64,000 nt of DNA from Macrostomum lignano. Lineage: Eukaryota. Numbering within the stretch: position 1 is the first letter of the stretch; each line of letters begins with the position of its first letter. Shown piece by piece: positions 1 through 9,911 of the stretch. The DNA is taken from NCBI GenBank assembly GCA_002269645.1, contig NIVC01001420.1, positions 1 through 64,000 on the forward strand, in the 5' to 3' direction. The notes beneath the pieces were generated by a model. That model searched no databases, was not told the origin of the DNA, and worked only from the letters and a program-made list of their open reading frames with translations. The position numbers were made by a program, and so were the translations under genes.

Positions 1-412
1 GAAGTTGATTGTAAGCCACGAGCTAAAACGCAAAATGTAGAAATCCATGTGCAACTAAAAATTTCGATTGTTGATGTGCTCTGAAAATTCCAAGCCTTTA
101 AATTCGTTATTCAGTATTTTTAAGAAAATAACCGTTTAAAAAAAAACATTTTGTCATAAATGGTAAAAACTCTTTTTTCATTTTTCTTTTAGATTATGAA
201 TGTGTTCTTTTGTTAAACCAATTGATGCTCCTTCACTGTCAAAATTCAAAACCGAACCGGTCGTTCACTGAATTATCGCGCAGTCTAGTACAGTAAGCAC
301 GTAATACGCAAAATTTCATTAATAAGTGAAATATTTACCGCATTCCTTTAGGGCAACTCTTTATCGTGTTTTCTAATTTGAACCTAAATATATTATTGGT
401 ATAAAAATTACA

Positions 413-526
413 ATGGCAGACTTAGAAGCAGTATTAGCCGATGTAAGCTATCTTATGGCAATGGAAAAATCCAAGTCCACTCCAGCGGCAAGGGCAAGTA
501 AGAAAATTACTCTACCACCCGCCCAG
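413..526 (+). CDS. GRK2: GRK2/3-type G protein-coupled receptor kinase, exon 1
   Basis: ATG at 413 reads [36 protein letters not shown], the near-invariant GRK2 N-terminus; donor cag|GTGAGA at 527. The exon is 114 nt, one more than the 113 nt needed to join exon 2 in frame. Confidence 0.95.
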
Positions 527-644
527 GTGAGATCATTTCTTTATTATTAAATTGTACTTGCATATATCCACTGCAGTTGAGTTCAAGCGTAGTCAATAAT
601 TTTATGTATGAGTTATTGACGGCTTTTTTTCACTTCACCCACAG

Positions 645-1098
645 CGTGCGAAGCATTATGATGAAGCATTTATCCAAAGAGAAAGAAATTACGTTTGAGA
701 AGATCTTTAATCAGCGCCTTGCTTCCTATTGATGAAGGAGTTCGTGGAGCAGCAGCTGGAAGACTACGCCCAAGTTTTCGCATTTTACGAAGAAGTACAG
801 AAGTTTGAAGAATTAGATTGCGAAGAAATTGCGATCCGTCTGTGTAGAAATATTTACGACTCATTCATCATGCAAGAACTCCTGGCCCATAGTCATCGAT
901 TCAGCGCAGCTGCTTGCCGCAAGCGTTCAGGAGCACCTGACTGCCGCTCAGAGGACCAAGACTCTTCCGCAGGATACTTTTCGTCCTTATACTAAAGAGA
1001 TTAAAGATCTACTCAGCCGGGAGGCTTTCAAACCATTTATTGCCTCTGATAAATTTACGCGATTTCTGCAATGGAAAAACTTCGAATTAAACATTAGC
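645..1098 (+). CDS. GRK2: GRK2 exon 2 (RGS-homology domain), with two single-base frameshifts as assembled
   Basis: Acceptor cacag|C at 644/645. Reads SVRSIMMKHLSKEKEITFEKIFNQRL[G]FLLMKEF...IYDSFIMQELLAHSHRFS...VQEHL...SDKFTRFLQWKNFELNIS. Frame changes at 721-722 (-1) and 914-915 (+1); donor GTGAGT at 1099. Confidence 0.9.
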
Positions 1099-1196
1099 GT
1101 GAGTGTGTGGGTGTGGGTGTGTGTTTGTAATGCATAATGCATGTACAGCTAACAGGTAAAGTTCTAAATAATATTTAAATTCGTCTACCTCTTCAG

Positions 1197-1601
1197 CTAA
1201 CGATGAACGACTTCAGCGTTCATCGCATCATCGGCCGCGGTGGTTTCGGCGAGGTATACGGCTGTCGCAAAGCCGACACTGGCAGAATGTACGCCATGAA
1301 ATGCCTGGACAAGAAGCGAATCAAAGTCAAAGGCGGAGAGACCTTGGCGTTAAACGAGCGATTCATGCTCTCGTTAGTTAGCACTGGCGAAGGCTGCCCA
1401 TTTATCGTGTGCATGACCTACGCTTTCCAGACCACCGACAAGCTATGCTTCATCCTGGACCTGATGAACGGCGGCGATCTGCACTATCACCTGTCGCAGC
1501 ACGGCGTTTTCCAAGAGCGCGAAGTGAAATTCTATGCAGCCGAAATTGTCCTTGGACTGGAGCACATGCACTCTAGATACGTCGTTTATCGTGATCTCAA
1601 G
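1197..1601 (+). CDS. GRK2: GRK2 exon 3 (kinase N-lobe to catalytic loop)
   Basis: ttcag|CTA ACG ATG; [43 protein letters not shown]...YRDLK; donor GTGAGC at 1602. Confidence 0.97.
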
Positions 1602-1860
1602 GTGAGCTATTAACTATACTTATTAAGAGTGGGTCAGCAGTTCCATGTCTGGTGATAAAGCGTCCTACTCAGGTGGTGTAATGAATCCCAACTCAGTTAG
1701 ATTATTTCCGTAAGCTTGGGTCATTTGCCATTTGACGTCTAGTTTTAGATTGTTTTATCACCTTATGCTGTAATTAGAATTATAGTCTCCTCAGCTTTTT
1801 GAGGTATTAAATAAAGTCCTTTGGAAAAAGCTATATCGGAAGTAGTTTGGTAGAATTATG

Positions 1861-2057
1861 CCAGGATCATTTAGAAAAATCACATCAGGTATTTTGTTAG
1901 AATCAAGAATCACATCAAGGTCATTTGGAAGAATCGCCTCAAGGTCATTTGGAAGAATCGCCTCAAGGTCATTTGGAAAAATTGCCTCAAGGTCATTTGA
2001 AATAATCGCTTCAAGGTCATTTGAAAGGTTCGCCTCAAGGTCATTTGGAAAATTCAT
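1861..2057. repeat. 24-bp minisatellite (TCAAGGTCATTTGGAAGAATCGCC) in GRK2 intron 3
   Basis: Six copies with perfect TCAAGGTCA at 1915, 1939, 1963, 1987, 2011 and 2035, plus degenerate upstream copies. Confidence 0.9.
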
Positions 2058-2731
2058 TTCAGTTCAATTAGCTCGTAGAAGAATCATGGCAAGGTCTTAT
2101 GCATGATTCATTATAGGCCTTTTAAGTTCACCGTCACCGTCACGAGCATATCTCAGGCATTTCTTGGTCTTTCAGTTAAAAGTTCTTTTTTGAAAAAAAA
2201 TCTAAGCTGATTTTTGCAAATAGATAATGTTTGGCTTCTTGTTTAGCTATAAAATTCTGTAAAAGTACGAAGATTTTAGTCTTAAAATGTAACAGATTTT
2301 TCTACCATAGGAAACGCGACCTCCCATCAGAGGCTATTACGATTCAATGAAAGTACATACGGATTTTCGCGAGCAGAAGAGCAACAATGGCAATAAATTA
2401 TTGCTAGCGAGGTCTTTCCGGCTTTAGTTTGAATTTGGTTTTAATGCATTGGCAGGCTTCAAAGAGAGAAATTTATTTTTCTGAGTTAAAACTATAATTT
2501 TGTCTTTTTTAGCTGAATCGCTTGAGAAGTTTTGCTTCGATTGACAGGTCGGATTAGAGCTCATATTTGGCCATGGATACAAACGAAATGCGATTGAAAA
2601 TATGCCGATTAATATATTTTAGTACAGAGAGGAGATGAAAGGAGAGAGTAGAGACGAGACTTTAAAGTTTTCGGTTCATCGATAAAAATATGCTTCAAAG
2701 AGAGATAAACGATTAAGGAGACGAGTAGGCG

Positions 2732-4170
2732 GAAGGAGAGACTAGAGATGAGAGGAAAAGGAGAGACTGGAGATGAGAGTAAAGGGGAGACTAGAGATGA
2801 GAGGAAAGAAGAGACTAGGGATGAGAGTAAAGGAGAGACTAGAGATGAGAGGAAGAAGAGACCAGAGATGAGAGGAGAGGAGAGACTGGAGATGAGAGGA
2901 AAGGAGAGACTGGAGATGAGAGGAAAGAAGAGACTAGAGATGAGAGTAAAGGAAAGAGAGAGATTAGAGTAAGTAGAGAGGAGAGATAAAAGGAAAGGAG
3001 AGACTAGAGATGAGAGGAAAGGAGAGACTAGAGATGAGAGGAAAGAAGAGACTAGAGATGAGAGGAAAGGAGAGACTGGAGATGAGAGGAAAGGAGAGAC
3101 TAGAGATGAGAGAAAAGGACAGAAGAGAGATTAGAGTAAGTAGAGAGGAGAGATAAAAGGAAAGGAGAGACTAGAGATGAGAGGAAAAGAGAGACTGGAG
3201 ATGAGAGTAAAGGAGAGACTAGAGATGAGAGGAAAGAAGAGACTAGAGATGAGAGGAAAGAAGAGACTAGAAATGAGAGGAAAGGAGAGACTGGAGATGA
3301 GAGGAAAGGAGAGACTAGAGATGAGAGAAAAGGACAGAAGAGAGATTAGAGTAAGTGAGGAGAGATAAAAGGAAAGGAGAGACTAGAGATGAGAGGAAAA
3401 GAGAGACTGGAGATGAGAGTAAAGGAGAGACTAGAGATGAGAGGAAAGAAGAGACTAGAGATGAGAGGAAAGAAGAGACTAGAAATGAGAGGAAAGGAGA
3501 GACTGGAGATGAGAGGAAAGGAGAGACTAGAGATGAGAGAAAAGGACAGAAGAGAGATTAGAGTAAGTAGAGAGGAGAGATAAAAGGAAAGGAGAGACTA
3601 GAGATGAGAGGAAAAGAGAGACTGGAGATGAGAGTAAAGGAGAGACTAGAGATGAGAGGTAGGAGAGACTAGAGATGAGAGGAAAGAAGAGACTAGAGAT
3701 GAGAGGAAAGAAGAGACTAGAGATGAGAGGAAAGAAGAGACTAGAGATGAGAGTAAAGGAGAGACTAGAGATGAGAGGAAAGGAGAGACTGGAGATGAGA
3801 GGAAAGGAGAGACTAGAGATGAGAGTAAAGGACAGAAGAGAGATTAGAGTAAGTAGAGAGGAGAGATACTCGTAAAAGGAAAGGAGAGACTAGAGATGAG
3901 AGGAAAGGAGAGACTAGAGATGAGAGGAAAGGAGAGACTGGATATGAGAGTAAAGGGGAGACTGGATATGAGAGTAAAGGAGAGACTAGAGATGAGAGGA
4001 AAGGAGAGACCGGAGATGAGAGTAAAGGAGAGACTGGAGATGAGAGGAAAGGAGAGACTAGAGATGAGAGGAAAGGACAGAAGAGAGATTAGAGTAAGTA
4101 GAGAGGAGACATAAAAGGAAAGGAGACTAGAGATGAGAGGAATGGAGAGACTAGAGATGAGAACAAGGAG
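2732..4170. repeat. Purine-rich ~24-bp minisatellite (GAGACTAGAGATGAGAGGAAAGGA) with higher-order blocks
   Basis: Directly visible tandem copies; periodic GACAGAAGAGAGATTAGAGTAAGT variants mark larger blocks. Confidence 0.95.
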
Positions 4171-5391
4171 ACAGGAAAGATGTTGGAAAAGGAGGTTACA
4201 CTGCTCCTCAAACCTAATTCACTTCTCCACGTGCCTGGTAATAAAATTTCGAATTCATGGCCACCATTCACCCGAAACCCAGTGAATTATAAAGAAAGCA
4301 GCTTCCCTCCGCATCCACTACAGCTGCCTGATAAATTACTAATTCAGCTCGTTTGAGCCTAAAAATCTGTCGCATGCAAATGCTCGCTTTGCCTTTATTG
4401 GCTATTCTATAGCAGCTAAATATGGATCTGAAATGCACTGCAGGGGGTGGATTGGGGTTCAGCTCTGTTAAAGAAAACTGGATTTCTGAGCACTAACGCT
4501 GCCGAGATGATGGGAGTCGATTAGGGGGAAAGAGATTTGCGACCGAGAGCCCACCCCCCCCCCACCGACCTCCCAACCTCTGTCCAGATTCGAAAGCAGA
4601 GATTGAGAAACACAGGGAGAGAGCAAAACAGCTCAGCATAGCCAGGGCGATGGGGGGGGGGCTTATACCGACTTGCTACTCATTTTGCCGACGATCGCGT
4701 GGCTTGCTGAGGAGACAGGCAAGGCGGGCAGGCGGGCAGGCAGGCAGGAGAGAAGCAGGACCCTTCGCTAGGATAAAAATCCCTACTTGGCTTCTATCCT
4801 CCCTTCCGTCTCTGCCTCTCCCTCTCGCCTCTCTCTCTTTCGGTTTAACAGTCCCAGTTCGCGTACAAGAATGCGCTATGAACGCTGAATCAGCGCCCCC
4901 CCCCCAGCGGGCATATTAGAGAGTCGTCTCCACAACCGTGCGGTCTCAGCTTTCCAAATTTCCCGCCGGGTGACTTTAGCAAGGATCTTCGAGCCTTCGT
5001 TGCGGGGTCTGGGGTACGGGGCTTGGGTTGGCCCGGGGTGAGCTAAGAGGGGCGGGCTTATGCAGAGAGGTGGGATGTGTATCATCATCATTAGCAGTCG
5101 TCATTATTTTTGCTGTTTTTGTCGTTTCTACGAAATCAGCGTGATTGTGGAGGGGGGAAACGCGGATTTTTCAGCTACTGTTGTGAAGCCTCCGCCTATT
5201 GACAATGCTCCGTACTATCTGGGGATCTCAAAAAGAGAATTGAGCTGAATTCAGTCAACTTGACGCACAATCAACAGAGCTGGAGTGATCTAGTTCTTTT
5301 TTATAATCTCCAGTGCTGCGTGTAGGGCATTTTATTATCTGGAATAAATTGGTTGCAAAAACGATGCTTATATGCAATCTTAGTGCTTAGG

Positions 5392-8300
5392 AAGGAGAGT
5401 GAGGCAGAGAGGCTGAGGGAGAGTGGCAGAGAGAGGGGTAGGGAGAGGGGTAGGGAGAGGGGCAGGGAGAGGGGCAGGAGAGGGCTAGGGAGAGGGCAGG
5501 GAGAGAGGCGCAGGGAGAGAGGGGCAGGGAGAGAGGGGTAGGGAGAGAGAGGCAGGGAGAGAGGGGTAGGGAGAGGGCAGAGAGAGGGGCAGAGAGAGGG
5601 GCAGGGAGAGGGGCAGGAGAGGGCAGGGAGAGGGGCAGGGAGAGGGGCAAGGAGAGGGGCAGGGAGAGGGGCAGGGAGAGGGGCAGAGAGAGGGGAAGGG
5701 AGAGAGGCGCAGGGAGAGAGGCGCAGGGAGAGAGGCGCAGGGAGAGAGGGGTAGGGAGAGGGGCAGAGAGAGGGGCAGGGAGGGGCAGGGAGAGGGGCAG
5801 GGAGAGGGGCAGGGAGAGGGGCGGAGATACTGGCAGGGAGAGGGGCAGGGAGAGGGGCAGGGAGAGGGGCAGGGAGAGGGGCAGGGAGAGGGCAGGGAGA
5901 GGGGCGGGAGATACTGGCAGGGAGAGGGGCGGGAGATACTGGCAGGGAGAGGGCGGGAGATACTGGCAGGGAGAGGGGCAGGGAGAGGGGCAGGGAGAGG
6001 GGCGGAGATACTGGCAGGGAGAGGGGCAGGGAGAGGGGCAGGGAGAGGGGCAGGGAGAGGGGCAGGGAGAGGGGCAGGGAGAGGGGCGGGAGATACTGGC
6101 AGGGAGAGGGGCGGGAGATACTGGCAGGGAGAGGGGCAGGGAGAGGGGCAGGGAGAGGGCGGGAGATACTGGCAGGGAGAGGGGCGGGAGATACTGACAG
6201 GGAGAGGGGCGGGAGATACTGGCAGGGAGAGGGGCGGGAGATACTGGCAGGGAGAGGGGCGGGAGATACTGGCAGGGAGAGGGGCAGGGAGAGGGCAGGG
6301 AGAGGGGCGGAGAGGGGTAGGGAGAGGGGCAGGGAGAGGGGCAGGGAGAGGGCAGGGAGAGGGCAGAGAGAGGGGCAGGGAGAGGGGCGGGAGATACTGG
6401 CAGGGAGAGGGGCGGGAGATACTGGCAGGGAGAGGGGCGGGAGATACTGGCAGGAGAGGGGCGGGAGATACTGGCAGGGAGAGGGGCAGGGAGAGGGGCA
6501 GGGAGAGGGGCAGGGAGAGGGGCAGGGAGAGGGGCGGGAGAGGGCAGGGAGAGGGGCAGGGAGAGGGGCGGGAGATACTGGCAGGGAGAGGGGCGGGAGA
6601 TACTGGCAGGAGAGGGCGGGAGATACTGGCAGGGAGAGGGGCAGGGAGAGGGGCAGGGAGAGGGGCAGGAGAGGGGCAGGGAGAGGGGCAGGGAGAGGGG
6701 CAGGGAGAGGGGCGGGAGAGGGGCAGGGAGAGGGCAGGGAGAGGGGCAGGAGAGGGCTAGGGAGAGGGGCAGGAGAGAGGCGCAGGGAGAGAGGGGCAGG
6801 GAGAGAGGGGTAGGGAGAGAGAGGCAGGGAGAGAGGGGTAGGGAGAGGGGCAGAGAGAGGGGCAGAGAGAGGGGCAGGGAGAGGGGCAGGAGAGGGCAGG
6901 GAGAGGGGCAGGGAGAGGGGCAAGGAGAGGGGCAGGGAGAGGGGCAGGGAGAGGGGCAGAGAGAGGGGAAGGGAGAGAGGCGCAGGGAGAGAGGCGCAGG
7001 AGAGAGGCGCAGGGAGAGAGGGTAGGGAGAGGGGCAGAGAGGGGCAGGGAGAGGGCAGGGAGAGGGGCAGGGAGAGGGGCAGGGAGAGGGGCGGAGATAC
7101 TGGCAGGAGAGGGGCAGGGAGAGGGGCAGGGAGAGGGCAGGGAGAGGGGCAGGGAGAGGGGCAGGAGAGGGGCGGGAGATACTGGCAGGGAGAGGGGCGG
7201 GAGATACTGGCAGGGAGAGGGGCGGGAGATACTGGCAGGGAGAGGGGCAGGGAGAGGGGCAGGGAGAGGGGCGGAGATACTGGCAGGGAGAGGGGCAGGG
7301 AGAGGGCAGGGAGAGGGGCGGGAGATACTGGCAGGGAGAGGGGCGGGAGATACTGGCAGGGAGAGGGGCGGGAGATACTGGCAGGGAGAGGGGCAGGGAG
7401 AGGGGCAGGGAGAGGGGCAGGAGAGGGGTAGGGAGAGGGGCAGGGAGAGGGCGGGAGAGGGGCAGGGAGAGGGGCAGGGAGAGGGGCGGGAGATACTGGC
7501 AGGGAGAGGGGCGGGAGATACTGACAGGGAGAGGGGCGGGAGATACTGGCAGGGAGAGGGGCGGGAGATACTGGCAGGGAGAGGGGCGGGAGATACTGGC
7601 AGGGAGAGGGGCAGGGAGAGGGGCAGGGAGAGGGGCGGGAGAGGGGTAGGGAGAGGGGCAGGGAGAGGGGCAGGGAGAGGGGCAGGGAGAGGGGCAGAGA
7701 GAGGGGCAGGGAGAGGGGCGGGAGATACTGGCAGGGAGAGGGGCGGGAGATACTGGCAGGGAGAGGGCGGGAGATACTGGCAGGGAGAGGGGCGGGAGAT
7801 ACTGGCAGGGAGAGGGGCAGGGAGAGGGGCAGGGAGAGGGGCAGGGAGAGGGCAGGGAGAGGGGCGGGAGAGGGCAGGGAGAGGGGCAGGGAGAGGGCGG
7901 GAGATACTGGCAGGGAGAGGGGCGGGAGATACTGGCAGGGAGAGGGGCGGGAGATACTGGCAGGGAGAGGGGCAGGGAGAGGGGCAGGGAGAGGGGCAGG
8001 AGAGGGGCAGGGAGAGGGGCAGGGAGAGGGGCAGGGAGAGGGGCGGGAGAGGGGCAGGGAGAGGGGCAGGGAGAGGGGCGGGAGATACTGGCAGGGAGAG
8101 GGGCGGGAGATACTGGCAGGGAGAGGGGCGGGAGATACTGGCAGGGAGAGGGGCAGGGAGAGGGGCAGGGAGAGGGGCAGGAGAGGGGTAGGGAGAGGGG
8201 CAGGGAGAGGGGCAGGGAGAGGGGCAGAGAGAGGGGCAGAGAGAGGGGCGGGAGAGGGGCAGGGAGAGGGGCAGGGAGAGGGGCAGGAGAGGGGCAGGGA

Positions 8301-8586
8301 GAGGGGCAGGGAGAGGGGCAGGGAGAGGGGCAGAGAGAGGGGCGGGAGAGGGGCAGGGAGAGGGGCAGGGAGAGGGGCGGGAGATACTGGCAGGGAGAGG
8401 GGCGGGAGATACTGGCAGGGAGAGGGGCGGGAGATACTGGCAGGGAGAGGGGCAGGGAGAGGGGCAGGGAGAGGGGCAGGAGAGGGGTAGGGAGAGGGGC
8501 AGGGAGAGGGGCAGGAGAGGGGCAGGGAGAGGGGCAGGAGAGGGGCGGGAGATACTGGCAGGGAGAGGGGCGGGAGATACTGGCAG
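5392..8586. repeat. G-rich minisatellite (GGGCAGGGAGAG 12-mer mixed with GGGCGGGAGATACTGGCAGGGAGAG)
   Basis: About 3.2 kb of tandem G3-run units on the + strand; source of the spurious 540-aa and 707-aa minus-strand ORFs. Confidence 0.95.
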
Positions 8587-8805
8587 GTGACAGTGGCCTA
8601 GCGAAGAGGAGGAAATAAAGACAGGCAGTTCAGTAAGCCGAAAGCTGCTAGTTAGGGAAACAGTACGTGAAAAGCAGAAACAGAAAGCCACAACACACAG
8701 GAGCATTTCCTTCTCCCTAGCGTCCCTCACTCTGAGCCGTTCCAGCTGCGTTCGGCGAGCCATTCGAGACGCGGGCGGAGAAAGGAAGGAAGAGGCGGAG
8801 GGGAC

Positions 8806-8806
<1 letters not shown>

Positions 8807-8863
<57 letters not shown>
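8807..8863. repeat. (CAG)~19 microsatellite
   Basis: Pure CAG run in GRK2 intron 3. Confidence 0.95.
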
Positions 8864-8868
<5 letters not shown>

Positions 8869-9228
8869 GAAGCCCTGCACTCAGTGGCAGGATAGGAAGC
8901 AGAGCTCACAAAAGAATTCCAAACAACTCGGGCTTATCTCCGTTAGGCCTCTAGAGGCGCCAATCCTATGCAGAGCAACTTATTGCTGCTCCAGAGCAGG
9001 GTCTCTCTCTAACTACATGAATGATTGACAAAGATCCGGTTGCCTGCTCCGCTTGTTTCCGTGTCGCAGCTAACCTCCCCCCCCCCCGGGGAGCTTTAGT
9101 TGCTGCTTCCTCTGTCTGCACTCTTCTTTGTTTCAAAGCAGAAAGTACCCGCATATTCTTTTCATTCGGAACCTTACGCGGTCCTAAACATTGAATAACA
9201 AACTGATCGCGGGTTTAGTAACGAAAAT

Positions 9229-9286
9229 TTGACTGTCAGTGACAATTTGACTATCAGTGACAATTTGACTATCAGTGACAATTTGA
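9229..9286. repeat. 18-bp repeat x3 (TGACTATCAGTGACAATT) just upstream of the exon 4 acceptor
   Basis: Directly visible; explains the TISDNL repeats at the start of ORF 9229..10044. Confidence 0.85.
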
Positions 9287-9306
9287 GTGTCCCGCCCACC
9301 CCGCAG

Positions 9307-9844
9307 CCGGCCAACATCCTGCTAGACGAGAACGGTCACGTGCGCATCAGCGACCTCGGCCTCGCCTGCGACTATTCGCGCAAGAAGCCCCACGCCAGCG
9401 TCGGCACGCACGGCTACATGGCGCCTGAAGTGCTGCAGAAGGGCGTCGCCTACGACAGCTCTGCCGATTGGTTCAGCTTCGGCTGCGTGCTGTACAAACT
9501 GCTCTGCGGCCGGAGCCCCTACAGGCAGCAGCAGAGGTCGCGAGACCAACGCCAGGCTGACAGCGAAGACCGGCACGCGCTGAACCTAAGCGCCGATCTG
9601 GGCGACACGGCTTCGCCGGAGGTTCGCAGCCTGCTGGAGGGCCTCCTGGCTCGGCAGGTTGCGGACCGGCTGGGCTGTCGAGGCCGCGGCGCTGCCGAGG
9701 TGCGCGAGCACGCCTTCTTCGACGGCATCGACTGGACGCAGGTTGTGCAGCGGAAGTATCCGACGCCGTTGGTGCCGCCCAGAGGCGAGGTCAACGCGCA
9801 CGACGCATTCGATATTGGCTCGTTCGATGACGAGGAGACGAAAG
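9307..9844 (+). CDS. GRK2: GRK2 exon 4 (kinase C-lobe and AGC tail)
   Basis: ccgcag|CCG; [57 protein letters not shown]...[23 protein letters not shown]; joins exon 3 in phase 0; phase-1 donor GTTGGC at 9845. Confidence 0.96.
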
Positions 9845-9911
9845 GTTGGCGAACTCCGGACATCAGCATTCTGTCACCTGTTGCTCCACTTCATGACTCT
9901 CGTATGTCTTT

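Noticed and set aside
1791-2057. LPNDLEAI-repeat ORF resembling an LRR/FNIP protein
   Set aside because: The 8-aa period simply reflects the 24-bp DNA unit; short, with no flanking domain or splice support.
5301-8880. 540-aa and 707-aa minus-strand ORFs
   Set aside because: Pure translation of the C-rich strand of a minisatellite; no domain; antisense within a GRK2 intron.
8721-8895. Possible poly-Ala/Gln cassette exon after a good polypyrimidine acceptor
   Set aside because: No compatible donor or phase, ends in a stop, and would disrupt the kinase catalytic loop.
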